A DNA stretch of 64,000 nt from Podarcis cretensis (GCA_951804945.1 OX638151.1:74400001-74464000); one strand, 5' to 3'; shown: positions 23,601 through 36,392, numbered from the stretch's first letter. The notes: generated by a model not told the origin, from the sequence alone. A program made the numbers and translations.

Positions 23601-26153
23601 AATGCAATCAATACATCATGACACTCAAATATTAAATAATTTCAAAAAGTAATATATTGAATAATTCACTTTGGTGACAGAAAAATAATGTAAAGCTATA
23701 CTTATGTAAATACTAAGGAGGGAATTTGATGTTTTGCTAAGATTATCGTTCTGTTGGACAAGTTGAGCTTGTCAGACAGAATGATCCCTCCCCTCTGCAC
23801 TGCTCTGGGGAGTCGTTTAACTCCACAGCCAGTCGCAGGGTGGGGTGGGGTGGGGTGGGGAGTTTGCAAGGAGAGGGGAAAGCCCCATTGTGCAGGCAGA
23901 AGTCCTTGCACAGCTGACATGACTCATTAGTTGAATCCCACCCTAAGTATTTTCAGTGTTTATACTAAAATTCTCTGGCCTTTTAAGAAGAGACTTCCTG
24001 AAAACACTTTAGACCTGTTCTTCAACTGATTATACACTTTTATTTCAATTAATCAGCTGGTAAATTAACTGAAGCAACTTCATAATGATTTTCTAGATAT
24101 CAAGAAAAATTGTGACTTTTCATGGTTGAGGCCAGACCATTTAGTGTTGCCAGAAATTATTTCTAATCAGTTAATGTAAAAAGACCTTGGTTTTCTCTGA
24201 GATAAAGAAAGTACCATTCCATACAGCTGCTAAGTACACGGAACCCTATGACTCTCCTATTTGGCAGTGGGGAACCTCTGGTCCACGGGCCACACCCACC
24301 TGCCCCACACCTCATGTTAGGTGGCTGAGGCAAAAGGGGGTTTGCAGGCACCACTGATAAGTTATTTGGCAGCCCCTGCAAAGACCTTTGCAAGGTGCTT
24401 TGAAGCCCTGACTACCAGCAAATAGTCACCAATTTCTACAGAATCAGTTAATGATTTTTGCTTGGGACCTCCATTCCAGAATCTGTTCTCTAACATGGGC
24501 CAATAATTCAATGTGAATAAAAGTTTGAAAACGTGGATCTGTTCTAGACAAATGCTTAAATGACCATTAGGCTATGAAGTCTCCTCGACCTGTGTTAGAG
24601 GATAATATAACTGGTGGCTTGTTGGGTGGGCTGACAGCTGCTCCTACATGGGTAAGGCCACTTAGCTGATTAAAAATATTCCGTTGGAGATCAGTGGTCC
24701 AGAGTCCATCAGCAGTATGCCACATATCACACACCTTCCTTTTCTCAGAAGGATTGTGAGCTTTCTTGCAAGCAGGTCTGAATGTCACCCCTGCTGTTAA
24801 AAACAGTACAAAGCAGATGTGTTATTACACAACAGAGTTGTTGTGATATGATGTGAGGTGAAGGAAGTCTGCACAGAGAAGCAGTTCAGCCCATGTGTTG
24901 ACAGCATCAAGTGGAACTGTCCCTGGAGGCTGGAGTCCTCTTCAGAATTGAGCAACTGTAGTGATGGATCTAGCAAAACAGAAGTGCAAAGGGACCATTC
25001 CCTTCTTGATGACTCAGCTGTTAGGCAAGCGTGTGCTTGTTGTGAGTCTCAGAAGCTCCTTTTTCCTGTCATTGGTTAGTATACCTTGAGTGGTCTTATG
25101 TCTCTGGTGGTTTTCTCTCTTCCCCCAGAATATCGTAGGTGGCTAGCCTTTGGCCATGGCTGGAGCTAGCATGCTCGATAGCTGACTATTGATGCAAATT
25201 GGAGGGCTTATATTGGGAAGGGGATTTCTTAGGAGTAGCTTTGAAGCTTTTAAGTGCTTCTACATCAGCGGTGGGTTGGTTGAGCTACGGTGCCTGGAGC
25301 TGAGGGGTGACGTTTCAACATCTGCAGGGCCACTAAAGCTTTTGAGAATTTCTGCATATGCAGGTATCATTACATGTGTCTAGCAGGTCACAGACAGTTT
25401 TGCAGACAAAAAAGTTTGCATCTGTTCTGACACTGAAGTCAATACAGAAGAGGTGTTAATATTCTCTTCTGATTGGTTTTTATTGGATAAGTGTCAATTA
25501 CTGACACTCAAGGTTGTGGACAAGATGCTTGCTCTGATTCTCTTGCAACTTTCATGCAGCTTACCCCAGGAGAGACGTCCGGGAAGGACTGTAATAATTT
25601 TTGTTTTCCCAGATTGCTTAGCCATGTTTGGTACCATTGGTCCTGGTAGCCCCCTGATCCAACTGGCGTTCTGAGTAGGGAACATTGCTTTGCAGTAGTT
25701 CTGCTCATACTTCACCCGCAGATCCCTGGGAGCCTTCATGCAACATTCTGTAAAAGTTCCATTCAGTCTCTCATTCCTTAACTTTCATATTACACTTCTG
25801 GTGAAGGATTTCTGAAATGTGTATTTTCAGTGGATTATCATTGGTATCTTAATGATGCCCAGCTGTTACTCCTTTCCATCTTAATCAAGTATGATGGTAG
25901 TCCTTGAATGACCGACCACCTGAGGCCTATGATGGGTTGGATGGAGGGGAAATAAGCAGAAACAATCCATGTTTCTTTTGATGGACAAAAGTGGTTAAAC
26001 TGTCTGTTTGAGAAGAGATTTCACTCCTAAACTGTTGACCTGCATTTTAAAGGGAATGCAGTTTGTGCCTCCTGGATTCTCAGAGGCTATTGCTTGAGAA
26101 TTTTATTTGCTGCTTCTGTTGTGCCAGCTGCCATGGTGACTTTTTTACTAGAG

Positions 26154-26368
26154 CAGTAATTTCCAAACTTTTCCCCAAGGACCACTTGAAAAATTTCAGA
26201 GGGTCCTGGAGGACCGCTTAATGCTTTTTCGGCCTATTGTAGCAACCGTACTGTACTGTGCTAGATGCTGCATGGTTTTTCATTGTATTTTTACAGATGC
26301 ACCACAGACAACTTGAATGAAACTCACAGACCACTGATGGTCTACAGACCACAGTTTGGGAACCCCTG
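26154..26368. mobile_element. hAT/Charlie-type MITE
   Basis: Termini CAGTAATTTCCAAACT / AGTTTGGGAACCCCTG with repeated GACCAC subterminal motifs; partial relative at ~45205-45358. Confidence 0.65.
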
Positions 26369-27594
26369 GATGCAGTAAGGAAATTTCAGTGATATAGAAT
26401 GAAGTAGCCCAGTAGGTTGTTGGTTTCCGGGAGTATACAAAATTTAATATTTGCAAGAATTCAACTAGCTATCAATTAGAGCAGATAGCTTCTCAAAAGC
26501 TTTAGAGAACCTATGTTAGATACACTTTCAGATATCTTCATCTGATTGCTGACTTCCAGTAAGGAATCTCTTTGCAGATGCAACCTACATAAGAGGCTGG
26601 ATTGTCCTGACAGCTGGCAGAACATTCTGTTGGTGCCCCACACTTCATCGAGTTGATCTGTCCCTCTTTATCTACTAGGATTTGAGAGTCAGGCCACTTA
26701 CACTGTGAGTGCTTAAGACTTTTAGCCTCCTAAACGTGCCACTGCTGTTTGATTTCTGGTATTGTTCCTGCTGCAGATTTCTCCCATAGCCTGAATTTTG
26801 AAATACGGTATTAGCTGCCATTTACCATTGTTTATCTGCTTTTTGCCTTATGGTGACATTGTGCTGATGGTTGCCATTGTTGGATTTTAAATTGCTTTGA
26901 TGTACTCCACTCTGGGATCACTTAAGATGATGGGCAGGTAAGAAATAATTCAAATTAAGAAACGTGGGAGAGGGTAGACACAGGGAGGAGAGAAATCTCT
27001 TTTCGGTAGACAGTTGCAAAGGCATAATTTCAACCTTCCTGTACTTGATGAAATCTTTGAAGCTCTGCTTACACTTGTTTCTTGTAATTTTGCACCGTTC
27101 TGAACAATCGTGACCTTGACCAACGTGATACTGAATGTCTGTCACATTAGGCCCTTGGTTATAGCAGGCTTTTAGCCTGCAAGGCTACTATACTCTCCAA
27201 AAATATGCTGTAGTCCTTGTTAACAATATGTGTGGCCCTCTGGGATTCTGATATGTACAGTGTTCTAAACTGTGGTTAATGTCAAGTATTTAAAATCCCC
27301 CTGTGTGAGCCTTATTTCTCTTTTAATAACTAAGGCTTATTATCATTGTGGCAAATGTCCAAATAACTGCCCAATCCAAAATATTGGCTTGATAGGCGAC
27401 ATAAACAGGGACCCTCCAAAGGCTGCCTCCACATAAATAAAACATGTACAAATTTGTTGAATAGCTGACAGAATCGGTACCCAGTGGTAAAAGTTTACGG
27501 AAGCTCTGCAAGTTGCCCTGTAGTACAGATGTTATGGATTTGCCCTGAAGTACTGCTGTGGGCAGTTTGAATTTCTTTTTTATAATGCCTCTAG

Positions 27595-27730
27595 CAGCCT
27601 TTTTCAACCTTGGGTCCCCAGATGTTGTTGAACTACAACTCCCATCACCCCTAGCTAGCAAGGCCAGAGCTCAGGGATGATTGGAGTTGTAGTCCAACAA
27701 CATCTGGGGACCCCAGGTTGAGAAACACTG
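27595..27730. mobile_element. Hairpin hAT MITE
   Basis: Arms CAACCTTGGGTCCCCAGATGTTGTTGAACTACAACTCC / GGAGTTGTAGTCCAACAACATCTGGGGACCCCAGGTTG. Confidence 0.88.
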
Positions 27731-29037
27731 CTTAGAGGTTAGGACTGGCAGCACTAATTCCGAGAATTCTACCAATTCTCTTACAAATGTCTCTTCTATC
27801 CCCGTAATCATGGGTTTGGCAACACACATTTGGCAAAGTGATTCAAGGTTATTTTTCTATCATAAGTATCTGGTAGCGTTGCTGATCAGTCAGTGGAAAT
27901 ATCACACAGTCGTGATGAATACCCTTTCGCTTCTAATAATTCAGAATGGCATCTTGTATCAAAGCCCAATCTATGAGTACTTGATCTTTCTAGTGCTGTG
28001 TTTGTATAGGCTGCAATCAGTTAGCACTTATTCTAGTTATCTTTTAGAAAAAGGGCCTTTTTTAGAACCTCCCTTCGGTTTCATATCTCAGAACCTATTA
28101 AAGGACTTCTTGTTGCTGTACATCATTTTGACTTTCCCACTTGCATTCATCTTATGGCATGTCATGCAAGATGGAAAAAACTCAGGTTTGGGAGGAACTG
28201 ATTAATATACCTTCCATTTTTAAAATGGAGCTACCATTGATGGTGTGTTAAGGGTTGTTGACTCATGAAGAGAGTAGCATAAGAGAACTCTCGACTCATC
28301 TAGATAATTTCACTCCGTCCTCCAGTGCTTGCCATGCACTTAAAAGGAAAGTCAGTTTTGAATCTGGTTTTATATATTGTAACATCTTTGCATAGTATTT
28401 GAAAAAGGAATCTTGCCACTTAAACATGTTGGGAACTGATGATGCTGGTCAGTGGTGGTGGTATTTTTCCATCATGCATAACTGATACAAGTAAAGATGT
28501 ATAAATGAAGATCAAGGTGGGGGGCGGACTGGCTTTTTCAGATGGAAATTCTCCTTGGGGGGAGCGTATGTGATGGCCCACATAAAAGCACATTTTAAAA
28601 TTTATTTGTTGAAAGATATCGCCCCACCTGTTAGTCAAGATGGATGAGTGGCTTACAAAAACGCTTTGGCTTCCTCTTAAATTTAAACCTTTTTAACAAC
28701 AATCCCATCTCTTTAGTAGACTTAAGAAAGGTTCACCAGGTATCCAAATAATGTTAACCAGAGAGAATCTACCAGCAGGAGGCAGTAGAATGTGTAGGTG
28801 GCACATGCAAGAGAGTCTCAGATATGCTTGTTTTACATCATACACTTCTGCCTGATAGCTAACTATAGAAAGTTTACTGGAGCACCTGGTTGCTTTTAGA
28901 AGCACCCACACCTCCCTGTTGGCAACTGAGTTGTAGGAAGGCTAGCTACTATGAAGGTGGCATTGGTGTAAGTTACACGATGGCTTTGTCCAGAGACTCT
29001 TCAGGGAGTCTTTTCTTGCAGGTGTGTTATAGATTTA

Positions 29038-29263
29038 CAGTGGTATCTTGGGTTACATACGCTTCAGGTTACAGACTCCGCTAACCCAGAAATAGTACCT
29101 CGGGTTAAGAACTTTGCTTCAGGATGAGAACAGAAATCGTGCTCCAGCGGCGTGGCGGCAGCAGGAGGCCCCATTAGCTAAAGTGGTGCTTCAAGTTAAG
29201 AACAGTTTCAGGTTAAGAACGGACCTCCAGAACGAATTAAGTACTTAACCCGAGGTACCACGG
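29038..29263 (+). mobile_element. Tc1/mariner MITE, full length
   Basis: TA|CAGTGGTATCTTGGGTTA...TAACCCGAGGTACCACGG|TA; same family as 17858-18072. Confidence 0.92.
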
Positions 29264-29508
29264 TATGGGTTTACCTTGAGGCTGTTTAGGACATGGAACC
29301 TTCTAGTCTGTTTTTCAGTGTACAAATGCAAATCTCCTGCAAAGATTGTTGGTAAAAATGTGAGGAAGGTTGGTGTTTAATCTCAGTGTTTCAGAAAGCA
29401 GCTGATGAGGTGGTTACAAATGAATTTGCCACTGATGTGAATCCTGAACCAGATACTTAACACAGGGCTACAACGCTGCCTTGACTCTTAAGTGCCAGTA
29501 TGTCAAGT

Positions 29509-29790
29509 GAGCCAGTGTAGCGGTTAGTTCTGGGCTAGAGCTAGAGACACCCAGGATCTAATCCCTACTCAGCCATGGAGCTGGTTATGAAGGTAAAGCA
29601 GGGCATCACGGGGAACCTATGGCTCTTTAGGAAATTACAATTTCCAATTCCCACCAGCCCCAGCAAGCATCACCAGTGGCAAAGGAGGATGGAAATTGTG
29701 GTTAAACAGCACCTGAAAGGCCACAGGTTCCCCATCCCTTAATTCTAAATCATCTTGAGCTCTCTGGAAGAAGGGTGGGATATAAACTTT
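29509..29790 (+). mobile_element. tRNA/MIR-like SINE interrupted by a hairpin hAT MITE (~29599-29739)
   Basis: Head GAGCCAGTGTAGCGGTTAG...CCCAGGATCTAATCCCTACTCAGCCATGG and tail CTTGAGCTCTCTGGAAGAAGGGTGGGATATAAA are separated by a GGGGAACCTATGGC...GCCACAGGTTCCCC foldback. Confidence 0.65.
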
Positions 29791-30408
29791 GTAACTAAAT
29801 GTCAATATAAATAGGTGTTTGTTTAATAAAAAAAAAGCCTGAGTTGCAACAAAATAGGTTTGGGAGGTCAGCGCCTAAACTGCACCATTGATCCTACATT
29901 ATAGTGTTGTAAAAGCATACAATTCATCAGACTGGGATGTGTTCCCTTTCATTACTTGAGATGGATCCAAGTGTAATCCAGCCCTGCTGACACATATAAA
30001 GTTACACCTTCTCTGTCCTTGAGGCTCTGTTGTAGTTTTAGCAGTTGGTCTGCTGGAATGAATTACTGCTACCTCAGAGCAAATTATCGACTTCAAGGTT
30101 GGAGCAGTGCAGCCCTTGTCATTTATGCATATCTCATTGGAATAGATCAGTAGTCTTCAGACCTGCGACCCGCCTTTAACCCAAACATGTATTGAAGCCA
30201 TTTCTTAATTCTCACCACCACCACCATATTTGTATGAAGTTAACACTGCTGTTGCAACCATGTAGAAGGTCTCAACCCACCAGTTGAATATCAGTGATGT
30301 AGAATATCTCATTTGCCGTCTTGAAGATATCCTGCAAGAATCATGAATAGCTTTTTTAGCTGCTCAGTTCTATATTTCAAGTCATTTCTCCCTCTCACAT
30401 ACTCAATA

Positions 30409-30626
30409 CAGTGGTACCTCGGGTTACAGACGCTTCAGGTTACAGACTCCGCTAACCCAGAAATAGTACCTTGGGTTTAGAACTTTGCTTCAGGATGAGA
30501 ACAGAAATCGCGCTGCGGCGGTAGTGGGAGGCCCCATTAGTTAAAGTGGTACCTCAGGTTAAGAACAGTTTCAGGTTAAGAACGGACCTCCAGAACGAAT
30601 TAAGTTCTTAACCCGAGGTACCACTG
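30409..30626 (+). mobile_element. Tc1/mariner MITE, full length
   Basis: TA|CAGTGGTACCTCGGGTTA...TAACCCGAGGTACCACTG|TA; perfect 18-bp TIRs. Confidence 0.94.
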
Positions 30627-32944
30627 TACTCGGTTTTAAGGTAATTGCAAAAAAAAGCAAAGAAAAAAGCAGAGTGGTTAGGATGAATCCGGGATAAATT
30701 CACTGCTGCAGACTACGTACTAGAAGCATGTAACTGAAGTGTTAACCAGTGTGGCAGAAAGTCTCACGTTCCTTTGCAGTTCTCTAAGCAGCTGTCTTGA
30801 GGTAGCTTATATCATAACAGGAAACGATTTGGCAAGAGTGAAACAGCTAAATGTGTTGGGAGTCTAAATCATGATTGTGTCAGAAGTTCAAAGGAGGAAA
30901 AATGGAGGGGTACCTATATTCGGCCAGCTCATTTTACCTAACACTGTACTTCTAAGCCTTATATATTGCTTGGAGATTAACTTTTATAGGCTCCTGTACC
31001 AAGAAATAAGAATTTCCGAGGCACTCCTTTCACTGCTTTATCTTAACTTACTGAATAAAAGAGCAGTTAACAAGAAGGATTAAGTAACTTGAGCAAATGG
31101 AATGTTAAAGGTGAAAATCTCACCTGCAGAAAACACTAAAACTCTACAGGCCTTACACACTTACAATGACTTAATTTGGAACTCTGCTAAGAAGCCAAAA
31201 GGTGAAATCAGAGAGCAATAATCCACTGTTTTTATTCTGGGAATCTTTACTCCTGAGCTCTGGGGAAACTGTATAGTGGTGTTCTCTGCCTGGGACAAAA
31301 ATGCCTTTACAAAAGCCAGCGTCTTTCAATGCAAGCATGACTTTTTAGCATAAAGGAACTTGTTAAGAGAAAAAATATACCTTAAGACCTTAATACAATG
31401 AACAGTCTTGTCCTTACCTGGGAAAATGCAAGTGCCTTCCTAATTCCGCTTGGGTTGGGTTTCACACCATGTACATACAGATGTTGCTGTACATGATGGA
31501 GCACAGTGGAAGGATTTCAGCGTCACACGAAGGTGATCGTTTAGTCAGGGCAAGCATTTTGGATTGCCGTACTGAGCGATCTCCCTTCTCCCCCCCCCCA
31601 CTCTTCCAAGGGTTCTTCTGACCTCCTGAGCCAGTTTTGGGGTGGGGGTGGGGGGAATAGAAGGTTTAATACCAAGAGCTCATGGGTTGTATTCAAGGCA
31701 AGCGTTCTCCTTGCATAATGGGATGTTCTCTCTCCTCCTCCCCCTGCATCCTCCCAAATCTGTTCTGGGTTCCCCCACCCCACCCCTCCACAGCAGGCTT
31801 GGGGATGGTGCAGGGGGCAGGAAGGGGAAGTCCTGTTGACTAGTGGTCATCCTTGCAAACGTGTGCAGCTATGCCATGACCCATACAACAGGGACTCTTA
31901 ATGAATTTCAGTGGTTGCTAATCTACCACTGAACCAGATTCAAGGTTGCATTGTGGACATGTTTGGACTAGTTCTGTTTAGATTTCTTTTTAATTTTTAG
32001 GGTACAACTTTTGTTAAATAATGCCCAAATGGCTTGGGGCCCAGTTTACTTCAGGATCACCTCTCTTCTAACACCTAGCCCATGAAATGAGATCTGCTGG
32101 GGGCGGAGAGCCCAGCCCAAAGGGAAAATGAGGGATCAGTTGTCCACCTGAAGGTTTTCTTAACAATATCTCCCTGGCTGGAGAGTAGGCTGGTGCCAGC
32201 ATCATACACGTTTTGGTGCTGCCTAAAGACCTGTTTTCTCAGGCTGGCTTTTAAAAACAGTAACACATGCCTGTGTACTGCGAAGCTTTTGCTATTGTGT
32301 TATGTATGCATTTGTTGTAACTTGTCCTAGGGCTTTCCAACCAAGTACAGGATGTAAGTTTTAAATAATAACAATAAAATGTAGGAAAAGGCAGATTGAC
32401 AGTGTTGCTCTGTACATCAAAGAGGACATCAGTCTAGAATCCAACAAGCTATAAATTCTGGATTCGGGCCCAGTTTGGAGCAAGCTTCCTTAGTCATGCT
32501 GGATGACCTAACCAAGAAGTGGACAGAGGGAATGATGGGTGCTTCAAGAGTGAAGTCTACAGGCTCCCTGAAATGAAATGAAACTTTGTGCAGAAAAGTG
32601 TTCAGAAAATGTTCTAGAGTGAGGCTGTGATTAGTTGTTAGTATGAACTTTTTTAGGATAGGCAGTGCTGCAATGCCAGCATCAGCCTGGAGATAAGTAC
32701 TTATCATCCAGAAGGGGTAGGACAGATCCTTACCTTTTGTGGGCAACAGTTGGAGCTAAAATAGTAAAATCTCTATACTTAGCCCTCACAGTGATGTTAA
32801 GTTTGGCACTTGGGCTTGTAGTGTATCAGCAATACATCCTGAACGCAGTGTTAGGAAGGTAGACATTCTCAGCATAATCAAGCCTGTGTACTCTATTGTT
32901 GATGAACAGTGATGGAACATTTCCCCCCCTTTCCTTTTCTTTAG

Positions 32945-33040
32945 ACAAACCTTCCTATTTTCAAATTGAAGGAGTCTTGTGTCAGGCGAAGATACAGTGA
33001 CTTTGAATGGCTTCGAAGTGAACTAGAAAGAGAGAGTAAG
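32945..33040 (+). CDS. SNX3: Sorting nexin 3, exon 2 (PX domain, RRYSDF)
   Basis: tttag|ACA AAC CTT...AGT AAG|gtaagg = [32 protein letters not shown]; 96 bp. Confidence 0.97.
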
Positions 33041-33399
33041 GTAAGGCAAAACATTTTCTTGGATACAAACGTGTTGTGGCACTGAAAAAGGTTGCCCTGG
33101 GCTGTTAAGTAATGTGGTGTCAGTGGTGGTGGTCAGGATTGCCAACTCAGTTCTGGACTTTACTGTGACCCGAGCACAGGCCATTCTGAATCCTTGCAGC
33201 TGTGTTTAAGCTTGGCACTTCTGTGCATCCCATATTAAATAAGCCATCCATCTCGAGTGCCATGTCTAAGGAAAGGGTACAGCCCATGTCCTCCTAAACA
33301 AATTTTCTAGGCACTGTATTAAAAGCTAGATGCTCTCTACATAAAATAAGCAGTCTGTTTTCCCGTGTGTTAGTAATTTAGATCACAACTGTCTTTCAG

Positions 33400-33524
33400 G
33401 TTGTAGTGCCTCCCTTGCCTGGAAAAGCTTTTTTCCGCCAATTGCCTTTTAGAGGAGACGATGGGATATTTGATGACTCTTTTATAGAGGAAAGGAAGCA
33501 AGGGCTTGAACAATTCATAAACAA
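33400..33524 (+). CDS. SNX3: Sorting nexin 3, exon 3
   Basis: tttcag|GTT GTA GTG CCT...AAC AA|gtaagt = VVVPPLPGKAFFRQLPFRGDDGIFDDSFIEERKQGLEQFIN(K); 125 bp. Confidence 0.97.
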
Positions 33525-35707
33525 GTAAGTGCACTATTCTATTTCTTGAGTTGTGTAGAAATGTCAGTTGTGTAAAGGCAGCCACATTATACATGCTTAC
33601 ATCTGTCACTGGCTCCAGTGGGTTTAGCAGTGCAGTTGCTCTCATACCACGCAAAGCTCAGTTCACCTTTTTAAACGCTCCTGAACTACTTTCAGGGTTG
33701 AACTAGCATCTAAGCGCTATCAGCATCCAAGCTGAACAGTGTACAAATGCTTTAACATTTGCTGCAATGATTGAAGTATTTGTCGTGACCTGGGTTTTGT
33801 TTCAGTTTTGCTTAATTTATGCAAATTGCTAAAATTACAGCATGTAAAGATGGAATCATACAAATAAGGCTGGGGGGAGGTAGGGAGGGGCTGCGATTCA
33901 TCAGCTGGAACAGTTAGGTTACAATCTGACTACGCAGCCTGAGAAGCTGATGCTCGTAATGTGGCAAAATGGTTTTTATACATAGCCTTGGCTAGGGTGG
34001 CCGTCTCTTCAGATTTGCTTACTGGAACAGTTAAGCCTTGGCTTCCGTATTAGGTCAGAGGGGACAGTGACTGGAGTTGCATGGTAGTTTTGCCTCCTTG
34101 GCAGTTGCCTATAGGCTTTCCAATCCTGAAATTAGAGGGGGATATAGCAGGTAGTTGGGAATGCATTTTTCACTTGCTTCTCCCTCCTGCTTTCTGAAAC
34201 TTGCTTATTTTAAGGCATCTGGATATGAACTATTTTATTTTGCTGGAAGAAGGCTGGGCCTACTACTGCCCAGTTCTCCTTTAATTTATTAGAGGGAGGA
34301 TGACCAGGATTGGTTCCATAGTTCCCCATCCCATTTAGCTTCTTGGAACCAATACTGGTCATTCTCCCTCTAAAAAATCAAAGGAGAAGATGAACGTTAT
34401 CAAACCAAAAACACAGTTCTGAAAGTCCAGCTCATTTGGTAATAACTTATTTGGACATGATGGTCACCTTTAATTGTGCATGGACTTTATTTGCATATAA
34501 AATAGGAATATGAGAATGCTTCTCATTGTCATTTTAGTACTTGTCCCAATAGCTTCATAATTGCAGTTCAATGGCATGAAATTTGTGCTTGTGACATCGG
34601 ATTAGACAGTGGCTGCAGTCACACGGCTGTTGATTCTGTTTTCCTGACGTTGCCCTAACTGTTAATTTCCACATTATATTTGAGCTTTCACAGAACGTCA
34701 AAGCCACTTCCAGAAATACAGTGAAATATAGCTGAGGTTTTCATGTTATTTGCAAACAGATTGCTTCCAGGGGGGGAAACTTGTTTGCAAATGACACAGG
34801 AATTGACACTAAACTTGACATACCTTTTTGGATGTGGCTTTTATCTTGTGGAGAGCTCCAATATAACATGGAAATTAGAAGGAGAACGTTGGGAAAATGG
34901 AATAAACTGCTGTGGGAATGCGACCTGTCTCTAGCAAAGGGAATTTGGGTAGCAGGACTTGGGAAGGGTTGTCTGACTTGACAGCGCAGAGTCTGAAAGC
35001 AATTGACAGTGCTAGGCAAGATGGGCCAGTGATCTTTTCTAGCTGGCTTCTATCATCCATGAGCTCTCAACATCTCAGATGGCATCCAGTGGCTGCAGGA
35101 GGGGAGTGGCAGCTTTTGTAAGCAATCTTTCCCTCTCCGAAGACAGGTGGACCTACTGAATACTGCAGGCTGAGCTGCACGCAGCTGAGTGGGAGGTGGA
35201 GATGTGAAAGAAAAAGATTAGTTGCACAGTTGAATACAGCCCCAGATTTTTGGATACCTTCTAAGACTGTCTTTAACTTGGCAGCTGTTTCTTGGGAAAG
35301 TAGGTTTACTGCTGAGTCTTTGCATATAGGATGTGCTCAAAATTTCAAATGGCTAATAATGTCATTTGCTCTATTCTCCTTGAGGGTGGGGAGGGTACAT
35401 TAGAGTCCTACCACAGACCCCCCCCCCCCGCCTTAACCTTTGTCAGGAATGATGCCTTGTTTGCAGTATGATCTCTCTGAAAGCAGTCATGCTGATAGGA
35501 TGCTAATTCTGGTAACTGGTGGGTGGGTGGTAGCCCATTAGCCGTTGGTGGAGTTGTTTAAATGCCACTTAAGATAGGGGAGAGTTTGGTTTTTGTTGTT
35601 GTGGGGTATTTAAAAGCAAGTCTAAATCGGAAATCTTCCTGAAAGTTCAGGGTGGGAGAGTGGTTTTTAAAACTGGAAGTCTAATTTTTTTTATTCTCAA
35701 ATTCTAG

Positions 35708-35813
35708 AGTTGCAGGCCACCCCTTGGCGCAGAACGAACGCTGTCTTCATATGTTCTTGCAGGATGAAGTAATAGACAAAACCTACACGCCTTCCAAAAT
35801 AAGACATGCTTGA
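35708..35813 (+). CDS. SNX3: Sorting nexin 3, exon 4 coding part
   Basis: ttctag|A GTT GCA GGC CAC...CAT GCT TGA = VAGHPLAQNERCLHMFLQDEVIDKTYTPSKIRHA*. Total CDS 162+96+125+106 = 489 nt = 162 aa. Confidence 0.97.
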
Positions 35814-36392
35814 ATGCTGCACAACACTTTAACTGGCATAAATGTTAGTGGTGACATACTTCGTCTAAGATATGTAGTTTAAGGTTTTTAGCATGCTGCA
35901 AACAAACTGGCACCAGAAGCCTTCGATATACTAACAGCACTGCGTGTTCTTTGCATTGATCTTTATGGCATTAAAGAACTCTAGGTAAACCTGCTGTCAG
36001 ACTGTTGATTAAATGGCTTTTAAAAATCTCAGTATTTTGAAACTCTTCCCTTCTTCCTTTTGCAATGACCCTTGTGGTGGTTACTGACTCAGCCTTACTC
36101 GAACTTGCACTGTTTATGGTGTCGCACGTTCACTTTTCTTTGATTTTAAACACTAGAATATTTCTGTACAACTAGTATTCAACCTGCAATTTGGTGACTA
36201 ACATGGTGCATTGTATTCAATACCCCCTTGTATAAAATAAGCACTTCTGTAGTTGTATCTTTAAGCTTGCGAGGGGTGGGGTGGGGGTGGGGCAGCCTTT
36301 GTACTGAGAAGCAATGAGGGAGCATTTCTTTATATTGTGTAAAAAGAAAACAGATTTGTATACTAAGAACATTTGTCTAAAAGTTGTTTTGA

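Noticed and set aside
34781-34981. MFANDTGIDTKL as a CR1 reverse-transcriptase FADDTKL motif
   Set aside because: Needs an insertion and lacks convincing flanking CR1 similarity; it overlaps a motif-rich non-coding block.
16370-35813. Assignment of the sorting nexin as SNX12
   Set aside because: The N-terminus MAETIADTRRLITKPQNLNDAY, the C-terminus YTPSKIRHA and the position between AFG1L and NR2E1 all indicate SNX3.
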